This document shows, piece after piece, positions 1 to 9,238 of a DNA stretch of 56,774 bases. The DNA comes from Candidatus Olsenella pullicola (GTDB lineage Bacteria > Actinomycetota > Coriobacteriia > Coriobacteriales > Atopobiaceae). The notes beneath the pieces were generated by a model. It was not told where the DNA came from and did no database searches. It saw nothing but the letters and a program-made list of their open reading frames with translations. Position 1 is the first letter of the stretch, and every line of letters starts with the position of its first letter. The position numbers and the translations under genes were made by a program. The DNA is taken from the NCBI GenBank assembly GCA_019117265.1, contig DXAB01000172.1:1-56774 (forward strand), written 5' to 3'.

Positions 1-53
1 GTAGGTTGTCACCATGAGCATCATGGTGACAACCTACCCTGTCACCTTTGTCA
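1..53. repeat. Perfect 17-bp inverted repeat plus GGTGACA/TGTCAC motif, with a second copy at 22565-22595
   Basis: GTAGGTTGTCACCATGA-gca-TCATGGTGACAACCTAC at 1-37; 23-53 matches 22565-22595 at 28/31. Confidence 0.75.
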
Positions 54-108
54 TCACCTCTGTCACCAATCTGCCCTGCCACCCCTGACATCGCCCCCAC
101 CGCAGCCC

Positions 109-900
109 TTAGGTGCTCTCGTAGAACGACACGGCCTCCTCGATGTCTCCTGAGAAGAGCGTCTTTCCGTGAGAGAGCACGATGCCGCGCGTGCAGAACT
201 GCTTTGCCTGGCTCGTGGAGTGCGTGACAAAGAGTACGGTCACGTTCTCCTTCTCGATGATGGACTGCACGCGCTTCTTGCACTTGGCGGAGAACTTGCG
301 ATCCCCCACCGAGAGCGCCTCGTCCACGACGAGGATGTCCGGGCGGATTGAGGACGCAAACGCAAAGCCCAGACGGGCGCGCATGCCGCTCGAATAGGTG
401 CGCATGGGCTGGTCGATGTACTTGCCGAGCTCGGAGAAGTCAACGATGCCCGGGATGATCTCGGCGGCCTCCTCATCCGAGAGTCCCCAGAGCTGACAGC
501 GCATCCGTATGTTTTCCATACCGGAGAGACGCATGTCAAAGCCGGCAGAGAGCTCAAGAAGCGCCGATACGCGCCCGTGGACCTCGATGGTTCCGGATGT
601 GGGAAAGCACACGCCGGTAATCATCTTGAGCGCCGTGGACTTGCCGGCACCGTTGTCACCCAAGAAGGCCAAGGCCTCTCCGCGGCGGCACTCAAAGGAG
701 AGGTCGTCGCTCGCGTTGATCGTGTCGTACCTGACGCGGTTTGAGAAGGACGCCAGCAGGCGCTGCCGGTCGTTCTTGTAGAGCTTGTAGGTCTTGCGAA
801 CGTGGTCAAAGCGCACCGCAACGGGGTTCTCGCGATCCTCGTCCCTGATCACGACGGCGTCGCCAAGGTCGACGGCCGGGACGGTCTGCCTAGAGGACAT
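109..900 (-). CDS. tagH: Teichoic acid/polysaccharide export ABC transporter ATP-binding protein (TagH/Wzt family)
   Basis: Walker A GDNGAGKST, signature YSSGMRARLGFA, Walker B ILVVDE; start set at ATG 900 (MSSRQTV), overlapping the permease stop. Confidence 0.85.
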   Translation of the reverse strand: MSSRQTVPAVDLGDAVVIRDEDRENPVAVRFDHVRKTYKLYKNDRQRLLASFSNRVRYDTINASDDLSFECRRGEALAFLGDNGAGKSTALKMITGVCFPTSGTIEVHGRVSALLELSAGFDMRLSGMENIRMRCQLWGLSDEEAAEIIPGIVDFSELGKYIDQPMRTYSSGMRARLGFAFASSIRPDILVVDEALSVGDRKFSAKCKKRVQSIIEKENVTVLFVTHSTSQAKQFCTRGIVLSHGKTLFSGDIEEAVSFYEST

Positions 901-1696
901 CGGGCACCTCCCTGTGCAGACGGCGATAGTTGCGCACGGCAAGAAGCACCACCACGGCAAAGACAATGAGAAACGGTATGAGCTCGTCGGGGCGCTGCCA
1001 GAACCACTCCTGGTACACAAAGCAGTCTCGCACGGCCTCGACGCACCAGGCCACCGGGTTGAAGGCCATGATCTTCTGCCCGATGGGCGGGAGCGCGTCA
1101 AGCTGAAAGAGGATGCCCGAGAGCCAGAAGAACGGCATCGAGAGCGTCTTAATGAGGTTGGCGAAGTCCTTCGAGACCGCGCCGAGCGGCGAGAGCATGA
1201 TCGACCAGGCCACCCAGAAGGCAAACATGACGAGCATCACGAGCGGCAGCTGCAGGAGATAGACCGAGAGGCGCACGCCCACAAGCAGGCAGACCGCAAT
1301 GGTAAAGAGCATCGTGCACGCAAAGATGATCAGGATGGAGAGCGTGTAGAACGTGGAGATGACCGAGAGCGGGAACTTGATGCGGTTCACGAGGTAGGGA
1401 TAGCGATGGTAGACGTCGCTGCCGCGGTTGATGGCGTCCGACATGAAAAACCACGGGAAGACTCCCGCGGCAAGCCAGAGCAGAAACGGCTGCCCGTTGA
1501 CGTCAGCGGAGTGCCGCATGCCCACGGAGAGCGTGAACCAGTAGACGAGGATGTAGACGGCGGGCTTGGTGAAGAGCCAGATCTTGCCAAGAGCCGCCCC
1601 TCGATAGGTCTTCACGAGGTCCATCTTGGCGAGGTCCCAGATCTGGTGGCGCCACTGCCAGTTGTCAGAGAGTATTTGCTTGAGGGTTGATAGCAC
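890..1696 (-). CDS. tagG: Teichoic acid/polysaccharide export ABC permease (TagG/Wzm family)
   Basis: Hydrophobic ABC-2 permease with DLVKTYRGAALGKIW, FPWFFMSD and FNPVAW motifs; coupled to the TagH-like ATPase. Confidence 0.85.
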   Translation of the reverse strand: MLSTLKQILSDNWQWRHQIWDLAKMDLVKTYRGAALGKIWLFTKPAVYILVYWFTLSVGMRHSADVNGQPFLLWLAAGVFPWFFMSDAINRGSDVYHRYPYLVNRIKFPLSVISTFYTLSILIIFACTMLFTIAVCLLVGVRLSVYLLQLPLVMLVMFAFWVAWSIMLSPLGAVSKDFANLIKTLSMPFFWLSGILFQLDALPPIGQKIMAFNPVAWCVEAVRDCFVYQEWFWQRPDELIPFLIVFAVVVLLAVRNYRRLHREVPDVL

Positions 1697-1801
1697 GACG
1701 CCCCCTTGAGATGTGTTCAGAACACCAACAGTTTACGGTCAGGTGGAGACAAGAAATCGCCTCTCGCAAAATCTCCGGGAGACTGCAAGGCCGCAGCCAC
1801 A

Positions 1802-2854
1802 TCAGGACCGCAGCATGAACGACCAGCGAAGCGAAGTGATCTTGTTCACGACCCAGGTGAATCCGCCCCAAGAGAACACAAGACTAATAACGAGTGCGAG
1901 AGACAAGAGAAGCGCGAGAAGAACCGGCTGCTCGAGCTCAACCGCCCATTCGTAGAATCCCGTCTGGCTCAAGGCCTCGCGCACAAAGCGATGGCAAATG
2001 TAGATCTGTAGCGTTCTTCTCCCCAAGAAGGAGAGCGGGCGAGAAACGAGATGACCAGCGCCCCGAGTTCCTGTGGGAGCAAGCGCCATGCAGCTGAGCG
2101 CGAGCACGATGCCAAGAGCGCTTATCAGCAGATACCCCGGAACGGCGATAAGCAGCCGCAGCCGACAGACGCTGTTGCCATAAACAAACGGATAGATTCC
2201 CGCAAGCTCATCTCGAAACGCAAGATAGCAGAGGGCCGCCGCGACACCCGCGCAAACCAGCGCACAGCGCACCCTTGGCGTCCTCAGTCGCTCAAGCGAG
2301 GCTGAACTCAGGTAGTACCCCGCAAAGAAGTACGGAAGGAAATGCGCGGTACGGCTGAGGGCAAGAACATCCGTCTGATCGCGTATGACGGTTGCGGCAA
2401 TGCTCATGAGAGCAGCGAGGACGAGCCCACAGGAGGGCCTGAGCCGCGCAAAAAAGGGCACGAGAAGATACCAGGTCGCAAGCGAGACGAGATACCAGGG
2501 GGCGGAGGGAAGGTCAAGAACCCGTAAGAGCGTGAGACCTTGCCCAGCAAAGAGCCGAAGGGCAACGTTAAAAGTAATGCCCAACGCGGCATAGGTGAGC
2601 ACCCGGTCAACCCGCAGGTGGCCCTCCCCATCCACGGCATGTTTGGCAAAGAACCCCGAGACAAAGATGAATAGGGGCATGTGAAAGAGGTAGATGAGGT
2701 CATACGTTCCGGAGACGTAGGGCCCCTCCGAGTGTATGGGCAAGAGAACATGGCCGATGACAACAAGAAGGATGAGGATGCCCTTGAGAGAGTCCATCCA
2801 CTCGATTCTGCCGTCCAAAGCGCCTTTGGGGGCAACAACGTCGCTCTCCGCCAT
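1802..2854 (-). CDS. Acyltransferase family 3 (OafA-like) membrane O-acyltransferase
   Basis: RIEWMDSLKGILILLVVIGH and IYLFHMPLFIFVSGFF motifs; multiple TM segments. Confidence 0.85.
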   Translation of the reverse strand: MAESDVVAPKGALDGRIEWMDSLKGILILLVVIGHVLLPIHSEGPYVSGTYDLIYLFHMPLFIFVSGFFAKHAVDGEGHLRVDRVLTYAALGITFNVALRLFAGQGLTLLRVLDLPSAPWYLVSLATWYLLVPFFARLRPSCGLVLAALMSIAATVIRDQTDVLALSRTAHFLPYFFAGYYLSSASLERLRTPRVRCALVCAGVAAALCYLAFRDELAGIYPFVYGNSVCRLRLLIAVPGYLLISALGIVLALSCMALAPTGTRGAGHLVSRPLSFLGRRTLQIYICHRFVREALSQTGFYEWAVELEQPVLLALLLSLALVISLVFSWGGFTWVVNKITSLRWSFMLRS

Positions 2855-2995
2855 TGACCATCGCTTTCTACGAGCCCTGACCTGCGTAGGAGATTATAGC
2901 CACCAGGAAGGGACAGCACTACCTTGCGGAGCACCGCATATCGGTTAATATTAAAAGTTGTTCAATACGCTTTCTCATCACATGAGGTGTAACAC

Positions 2996-4267
2996 GTGGC
3001 ACTATCCAGAGCCGCCCTTAAGAAAAGGGTCAAGAGCCTTGCAAAGACGTCGTACTTTGCTCGCTCAACGTTTAACTCACTGCAGGACTACCGCCGCCGG
3101 CACTACTTCAGAAGCGTTGCCAAGGACATCCCCATTGATGACAAGCTCGTGATCTTTGAGTCCTTCCTTGGTAGACAGTATGCCTGCAGCCCCCGCGCCA
3201 TCTACGAGGCAATGAGGTCCGACCCCCGCTTTGACGACTATCGCTTCATCTGGGTTTCTCGCAAGCCCGATGCCCTAAGAAAGCGCATTGGCGACGAGCG
3301 AACCACCGTTGTGAAATACCTCACCAGAAGCTATCTGAGGGCCTACGCCCGTGCCAAGTTCTGGGTAACAAACTGGCGACTTCCCGCGGGACTCTGCAAG
3401 CGTGAGGGGCAGGTCGTCATTCAGACCTGGCACGGAACGCCCCTCAAGAAGATTGGCATGGATCTCAACATCGAGGGCAACGCCACCACCTCTCAGCGCA
3501 AGGGCCACCGCTCCTACCTCAACGACGCCAGGAAGTATGACTTCTTCGTCTCGCCCTCGGCGTTTTGCACCAAGGTCTTTGCCAGCGCGTTTGGTCTCAC
3601 GCAGCTCGGCAAGGAGAACGTGCTCGTGGAGACAGGCTACCCGCGCAACGACCGCCTCTTCTCGTTCACCCAACAAGACGTCTGCGACATCAAGCAGAAG
3701 CTGGGCATAGAGCCGGGCAAGCGCGTCATTCTCTATGCCCCAACGTGGCGCGACAACCAGCACACCCTGGGAGTTGGCTACACCTTTGACCCCATAGAGC
3801 ACCTCGAGCGCTTCCTCGACAGCGTGCCCGACGACTCCATGGTCATCGTTCGCCTGCACTACCTCGTTGCAAACAAGGTCAACCTGAATGCATATCGTGG
3901 CAAGGTTATCGACTGCTCGCGCTGGGAGGACATCAACGACCTCTACATTGTGAGCGACGTTCTCATAACGGACTACTCGAGCGTCTTCTTTGACTACGCC
4001 AACCTGCGCAGGCCCATCCTCTTCTACATGTACGACCTCCAGGAGTACAGCTCTTCTGTGCGTGACTTCTACATTGATCTTGACGAGCTCCCGGGGCCCA
4101 TCATCGAGACCCAGGAGGAGCTCATCGACGCTCTTGCCAACACAGAGAAGATTGCCCGGCAATATGCCGACAAGTACCAGACCTTCATTGACACCTATGA
4201 CTACCTCGACGACGCCCATGCCGGCCTGCGCGTCGCGGAGCGTTGTATTTTGGGAATCGAGGGATAG
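2996..4267 (+). CDS. tagF: CDP-glycerol:glycerophosphate glycerophosphotransferase (TagF family)
   Basis: QTWHGTPLKK, GYPRND, LYAPTWRD, RLHY and ITDYSSVFFDY motifs. Confidence 0.85.
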   Translation: MALSRAALKKRVKSLAKTSYFARSTFNSLQDYRRRHYFRSVAKDIPIDDKLVIFESFLGRQYACSPRAIYEAMRSDPRFDDYRFIWVSRKPDALRKRIGDERTTVVKYLTRSYLRAYARAKFWVTNWRLPAGLCKREGQVVIQTWHGTPLKKIGMDLNIEGNATTSQRKGHRSYLNDARKYDFFVSPSAFCTKVFASAFGLTQLGKENVLVETGYPRNDRLFSFTQQDVCDIKQKLGIEPGKRVILYAPTWRDNQHTLGVGYTFDPIEHLERFLDSVPDDSMVIVRLHYLVANKVNLNAYRGKVIDCSRWEDINDLYIVSDVLITDYSSVFFDYANLRRPILFYMYDLQEYSSSVRDFYIDLDELPGPIIETQEELIDALANTEKIARQYADKYQTFIDTYDYLDDAHAGLRVAERCILGIEG

Positions 4268-4270
4268 CTC

Positions 4271-7084
4271 ATGTTTGACGTCTCTGTAATCGTTCCGGTC
4301 TACAACGGCGAGAAAACCGTTCGCGAGGCCCTGAATGCGCTTCTTGGCCAGACCCTTGGCGACCGCCTGCAGATCGTCGTTGTGGACGATGGAAGCACTG
4401 ATTCGTCGTTCGAGATCATCAGCTCCTTTGCCGAGCACTACCCCACTCGCATCCAGGCGCTTCACATCGAGAACTCCGGCGCGGCCCACGCGAGAAACGT
4501 TGGACTTGAACATGCCGAGGGCGAATACGTAGGGTTTCTCGACTGTGATGACTCCGCCGACACAGCCATGTTCCAAAAGCTCCTCGAGCTGGCCCGCAGC
4601 GAGGAATCTGACATCGCAACGTGTGGCTACCTGCGCGTTGAGGGCGATGACGTCCAGCGCAGGGACTACACTCGCAGACCCTGCTTTGGCTACCCTCTCG
4701 TTCAGGCACCCTCGCTCATACGCCGAAACGTCCCCTACATCTGGAACAAGCTCTTCAGGCGAGACTTCCTTTTGGAAAATGAGCTCCGCTTTGATGAGAC
4801 CCTCAGAATCTACGAGGACCTGCTCTTCACCTATACCGCCTTTGCCTGTGCAAACAAGGTTGTGCGCGTCCACGAGACGCTCTACGTCTACAACTTTGCC
4901 CGAGAGAACTCGCTTACCGTCGATTTCTCCGAGAAGCGTCTGGACATTGTTCCCGCCTTCACCAAGCTCGTTGAGGCCTATCAGCGTCGCGGGCTCTTCC
5001 TTCACGTAGAGGAGGAGCTTCTTCGCTGCTTTCTCACGCACTTTTACGTGGTGCTGGAAAACAGCTCGCTCGACTCTCTCAAAAGCTCTGAAGCAAAGCT
5101 CTTTACCAGCGAGTGCTTTGACTTCCTTGACGAATGCTTTCCTTGGTGGAGGCACTTCGACGTCTTCTTCAAGCAGACAAAGCGACCCCAGGCGCTCTAT
5201 GGGAATCGCCTCTTCATAAGGGCCCTGCTCAACGCTCCCAAAGGCTCTCGCTTTCGGCTTCTCAAGCAAAGGAAGGCTCGCCGGCGCTGGGCCGGTCGCT
5301 CGCGCGCGGGCCGCGTCTTTGTCGAGACCATGCAGACGCAGGAGATCGACCAGACGAAGGTCATCCTCGACTCCCAGCGTGGTGACAACCTCAACGGCAA
5401 TATGTTCTACCTGCTCCGCTACTTCCTTGAGGAAGAGCGCTCCCTAGAATGGACCATCTGCGTCACCTATCGAACCGCGGCGTCGAGGCGTGCCTTCGTG
5501 GCGCTCATCAACGCGTCCGGCCTCGATCTGAGCCGCATCAAGCTGCAGAAGTACAACGGCGTGACCTACGCCCAGAACCTCGCCACCGCACGCCTCGTCT
5601 TCACGGATACGAGCCTTCCGGTCTACTACCTCAAGAGGGCTGGCCAGACCTATCTCAACACGTGGCACGGTACCCCGCTCAAGTGCCTGGGCCGAGACAT
5701 GGAAGAGGGCTTTGCGGGCACCGCCAACCTCACCAAGAACTTCATGGCCGCGGACTACCTCGCGTTCCAGAGCCCCTACATGAGCGAGTGCATGAAGAGC
5801 GCCTACATGTACGACGGCTTCACGCACGCAACGACGCTGCTCGAGGGGTACCCGAGAAACGAGCCATTTGCCGATCCATCACGTGTGTCAGACGAGGTAA
5901 GGGAAGCGTTCCTCTCGCTCGAAGGCGAAGCTGGCGACGGCCCCTCCGACCTCCAGCGCATCGCGTACCTTCCCACGTGGCGCGGATCTGCCGCAACCAA
6001 CGTTGCCGAGAAGACCGACGTCGCCGAGCTTCTTCGGGAGATTGACGAGCGCCTTGACGACCATCAGGTCATGTACGTCAAGCTTCACCCCTACGACGGC
6101 TCGCGCGTCTCCTTTGCCTCCTACCGCCACGTTCGCCCCTTCCCCAAATGTGGGGAGACGTACGCCGTGCTTTCCCTGTGCGACGTGCTCGTGACAGACT
6201 ATTCGAGCGTGTTTTTCGACTTTGCCGTCACCGGGAAGCCCATCGTCCTCTATACGTACGACCGCGAGGAGTACCTGCGCGAGCGCGGCCTCTACCTTGA
6301 CTTTGACGACCTCGGGCTCCCCTGCGCCAACACGGCCGAAGAGCTTGTCGAGCTTCTCTCCAGCTGCGGCGAGCGCTCGGAAGAGGCCGCTGCCCTTGCG
6401 GGGCGCTTCTCGCCCTATGAGTCTTCCTCTTGTTCAAGGAGGCTCGTTGGGGCATGTCTTGGCCAAGAGCGTGGTCTGCGAGCCGAGGTGCCCGCCGCCC
6501 CTGTGGAGAACGCTACGGTTCTGTTCTGCGGAGACCTAAGGTCATCCCTCACCGCACGGGCCGTGCGCAGCATGCTCGATGAGGTGCCGGCGAGCGAGAC
6601 GCTCTGCCTTACCTACGACGTCAACGTCTCGTGCAACCTCTCGCTGCTCAAGGACGTTGACCGCTCCGTCAGGCTGTTCGGCAGATCCTACCCTCTCACC
6701 GCCACCACACAGAAGGAGCGCACGCTTCTCGCAGACGTGGAGCTTAGCCCCAGCCTCTCGGAAAGGCACATCGACGAGCTCTGCGGGATTGCGCGTCGCG
6801 AGGCACAGCGCTCCTGGCCAAACGTGTCCTTTGAAAGGGCGATCGTCTACGGCCCGGACTCGCTCAACAACCTCATCCTTGCAACATGCGTGGCAGACAG
6901 CTGCGTTCTTGCCTTCGACACGATTCACGACCCGAGTCTCATCGAGCACATCCCTCGGTGGCTGCTCAATCGCTTCTCGACAATCGTGCTCCCCCAGAAC
7001 TGCGGCATTCCCGAGGGGATAACCGCACAGGTGCGGCACTGGCGAGGCGCCGAGAAGGACGGTCTCTCCGCACTTCTCGCCTAA
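4271..7084 (+). CDS. Bifunctional GT2 glycosyltransferase / TagF-family glycerophosphotransferase with C-terminal extension
   Basis: N-terminal SVIVPVYN..VDDGSTD..ARNVGL..FLDCDD (GT2); central NTWHGTPLK, GYPRNE, YLPTWRG, KLHP, VTDYSSVFFDF. Confidence 0.85.
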   Translation: MFDVSVIVPVYNGEKTVREALNALLGQTLGDRLQIVVVDDGSTDSSFEIISSFAEHYPTRIQALHIENSGAAHARNVGLEHAEGEYVGFLDCDDSADTAMFQKLLELARSEESDIATCGYLRVEGDDVQRRDYTRRPCFGYPLVQAPSLIRRNVPYIWNKLFRRDFLLENELRFDETLRIYEDLLFTYTAFACANKVVRVHETLYVYNFARENSLTVDFSEKRLDIVPAFTKLVEAYQRRGLFLHVEEELLRCFLTHFYVVLENSSLDSLKSSEAKLFTSECFDFLDECFPWWRHFDVFFKQTKRPQALYGNRLFIRALLNAPKGSRFRLLKQRKARRRWAGRSRAGRVFVETMQTQEIDQTKVILDSQRGDNLNGNMFYLLRYFLEEERSLEWTICVTYRTAASRRAFVALINASGLDLSRIKLQKYNGVTYAQNLATARLVFTDTSLPVYYLKRAGQTYLNTWHGTPLKCLGRDMEEGFAGTANLTKNFMAADYLAFQSPYMSECMKSAYMYDGFTHATTLLEGYPRNEPFADPSRVSDEVREAFLSLEGEAGDGPSDLQRIAYLPTWRGSAATNVAEKTDVAELLREIDERLDDHQVMYVKLHPYDGSRVSFASYRHVRPFPKCGETYAVLSLCDVLVTDYSSVFFDFAVTGKPIVLYTYDREEYLRERGLYLDFDDLGLPCANTAEELVELLSSCGERSEEAAALAGRFSPYESSSCSRRLVGACLGQERGLRAEVPAAPVENATVLFCGDLRSSLTARAVRSMLDEVPASETLCLTYDVNVSCNLSLLKDVDRSVRLFGRSYPLTATTQKERTLLADVELSPSLSERHIDELCGIARREAQRSWPNVSFERAIVYGPDSLNNLILATCVADSCVLAFDTIHDPSLIEHIPRWLLNRFSTIVLPQNCGIPEGITAQVRHWRGAEKDGLSALLA

Positions 7085-7112
7085 CGAATGCACTGCAGGC
7101 TTCTCACGAAGA

Positions 7113-7148
7113 AGGCGGGGCGAGGCCACGTTGCACCTTGCCCCGCCT
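7113..7148. terminator. Hairpin between convergent genes, likely terminator
   Basis: AGGCGGGGCGAGG...CCTTGCCCCGCCT. Confidence 0.5.
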
Positions 7149-7172
7149 CTTGGTAAGCGCACCAAGCCCGAG

Positions 7173-7616
7173 CTACTCCTTGAGCTCCTTCTTCACGTCC
7201 GTGGTGGAGATGCCGTCCGTGCGGTCGAGGAAGACGAGGTTGCAGTAGTCCTTGAGGTAGTCAAAGCGGGGGCTGTCCACCCAGTCGGCGCCCATGACCA
7301 CAGTGTCGATGTGGTAGGTCTGGATGTCGGAGATTTTCTGCTCCCAGCTCTCCTCGGGAATCACGAGGTCAACGTAGCGGATGGCCTCAAGCATCTCCTT
7401 GCGCACGCCGTAGGAGTAGAAGCTCTGCTTGCCCTTGGAGGCGTTGAACTCGTCGGTCGAGAGGGCCACCACGAGGTAGTCCCCCAGCGCGGCCGCGCGG
7501 CGCAGCAGCCGGATGTGCCCGTAGTGCAGCAGGTCAAAGGTGCCGTACGTGAGCACGCGGCGAATGCCCTTGTAGTCATCGCCGGAGGAAAAGTGAACGT
7601 TTGGAATGTCAGCCAT
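7173..7616 (-). CDS. tagD: Glycerol-3-phosphate cytidylyltransferase
   Basis: TYGTFDLLHYGH (HxGH) and RTDGISTT motifs; ATG at 7616 preceded by a G-rich RBS. Confidence 0.92.
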   Translation of the reverse strand: MADIPNVHFSSGDDYKGIRRVLTYGTFDLLHYGHIRLLRRAAALGDYLVVALSTDEFNASKGKQSFYSYGVRKEMLEAIRYVDLVIPEESWEQKISDIQTYHIDTVVMGADWVDSPRFDYLKDYCNLVFLDRTDGISTTDVKKELKE

Positions 7617-7695
7617 GCGCTCCCCCACTCAGAATGTTTACAGCCGACTAACATTGTACTTATAAGGTGATAATTTGCACGTGGCAGGGCCGGCC

Positions 7696-7940
7696 AAAGT
7701 GTCGGCGGCGGACCCCAGGCCAAGGAGTGTGGACGCGGGGCGACGGTTCTTCTCGCCGAAGCGTCGGTAGCGGTCCACACACCAAAAGACGGGGACCGTA
7801 AGCGACAGTTCCAAAAGAAAAGGTGTCGGCGGCCGTCCCCAAAACACGTGGGGACGCGGGGCGACGGTTTCAGGGCGCAAAGTGTCGGCGACGGTCCCCA
7901 GGCCAAGGAGTGTGGACGCCAGCCGACGGCTCTTCTCGCC
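7696..7940. repeat. Tandem array of four imperfect palindromic units of about 62 bp (family A)
   Basis: GTCGG at 7701, 7763, 7825, 7884; each unit approximates GTCG..GTCCCC-loop-GGGGAC..CGAC; units 1 and 4 match at 56/62. Confidence 0.85.
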
Positions 7941-9238
7941 TAGCCCCAGATGCGGTCGATCACGCGCTCCGCGGCATGGCCGTCGTCCTTGGGGCAAAAC
8001 CGTCGCACGTACGCATCGTACGCTTTGCCATAGCGCTCCCAGTACCCCTCCAGGTCCTTGAGCGCGCCCACGAGCTCCGCCGTCTCACGGCAGTGCGGGC
8101 CGGGAATCTCAGCCAGGTCAAAGTAGAAGCCACGGATGTCGTTGGCATACGTCTCGTAGTCCGGGACGAAGAGCATGATGGGTCGGCGCAGGATGGCATA
8201 GTCAAACATCACGCTCGAGTAGTCCGTCACCAGAACGTCCGCGGCAACGTAGAGGTCGTTCACGTTGTCCCAGGCAGAGACGTCAATGACAAAGCCCTCG
8301 TACGCCGAGAAGTCAAAGTGGTTGGCAATGTAGTAGTGCGGGCGGAAGAGCACCACCCACTCCTTCCCCAGCTCTCGGCTCAGAAGGTCAAAGTCGATGA
8401 GGTAGTCAAAGGTGTAGCCAACGCCCGCCTGATAGGAGTCGTCGCGCCAGGTGGGGGCGTAGAGCAGCGCGCGCTTTCCCTCTGGGATGCCAAGAAGCGC
8501 GCGCAACTGAGCCCTTCTCGCCTGTGTGGGGTCCGCAGCCGCAAGGGCGATCTCGTCGTTTCTGGGATAGCCCTCCTCGAGAATGACCTCGGCGCGACGC
8601 TCCTCGGGCAGGCCGAAGGCATCCGCCAGGTGCTTTGAGGTGTATGGAGAGGGCGAGAGCAGATGGGTCCACTTTGCGGCGTCCATGCCAAAGCGGTCGG
8701 CGAGCTCGGAGGTGGTGTTGAGGGCGTTGGTGGTCTCGATCTCAACGTCGTAACCCAGGCGCTTGAGGGGCGTTCCGTGCCAGCACTGGACATAGATCTG
8801 CTCGGGCTTGGGCGTCACGTACTCGGGAAGGCGCGTGTTGAGCACAAGGACCTTTGCGGCGGCAAGCGCGCGGAAGTACTCGTCGGAGCCGCGCTGAACG
8901 AGCGAGACGCGCGAATCCGCAAGCTCCTCGCACGAGCGCATCTCCTCAGTCTTCTCCTCGCCCTTGAAGCTCCACACAAAGCGGTAGCCCAAGAAGCGCT
9001 CCTGCCGGAGCATGGACAGAAAGATCGCTCGAGGCGAGCACGAGAGAGAGCGCCCCCCAAATGACTCGAAGAACACAAGCCGCTCGTCAACGTCAACATT
9101 GGCCGCGAGCCGCCCGTAGCTCCTCCCCTGCCGCGCCCAGTAGATCTTGCGCACGAGCAGGCGCGTGCGCGGCAGATGCCTGAGCACGCCAAGCCCCACG
9201 GAGCGAACGAGCCTTCTGGCAGAACCTATGGTCTTCAT
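7940..9238 (-). CDS. CDP-glycerol glycerophosphotransferase (TagF family)
   Basis: QCWHGTPLKR, GYPRND, LYAPTWRD, RPHY and VTDYSSVMFDY motifs. Confidence 0.85.
   Translation of the reverse strand: MKTIGSARRLVRSVGLGVLRHLPRTRLLVRKIYWARQGRSYGRLAANVDVDERLVFFESFGGRSLSCSPRAIFLSMLRQERFLGYRFVWSFKGEEKTEEMRSCEELADSRVSLVQRGSDEYFRALAAAKVLVLNTRLPEYVTPKPEQIYVQCWHGTPLKRLGYDVEIETTNALNTTSELADRFGMDAAKWTHLLSPSPYTSKHLADAFGLPEERRAEVILEEGYPRNDEIALAAADPTQARRAQLRALLGIPEGKRALLYAPTWRDDSYQAGVGYTFDYLIDFDLLSRELGKEWVVLFRPHYYIANHFDFSAYEGFVIDVSAWDNVNDLYVAADVLVTDYSSVMFDYAILRRPIMLFVPDYETYANDIRGFYFDLAEIPGPHCRETAELVGALKDLEGYWERYGKAYDAYVRRFCPKDDGHAAERVIDRIWG

Noticed and set aside
3275-5269. Long antisense or alternate-frame ORFs (also 11692-12888, 25001-26872, 30207-31370, 35512-36711, 36787-38904, 42211-43827, 46616-48364)
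   Set aside because: These are shadow frames of well-supported genes in high-GC DNA, with no recognisable motifs.
7696-7940. CRISPR array
   Set aside because: The repeats are degenerate, the variable parts are about 15-nt loops (identical in units 1 and 4), and no cas genes or leader are present.
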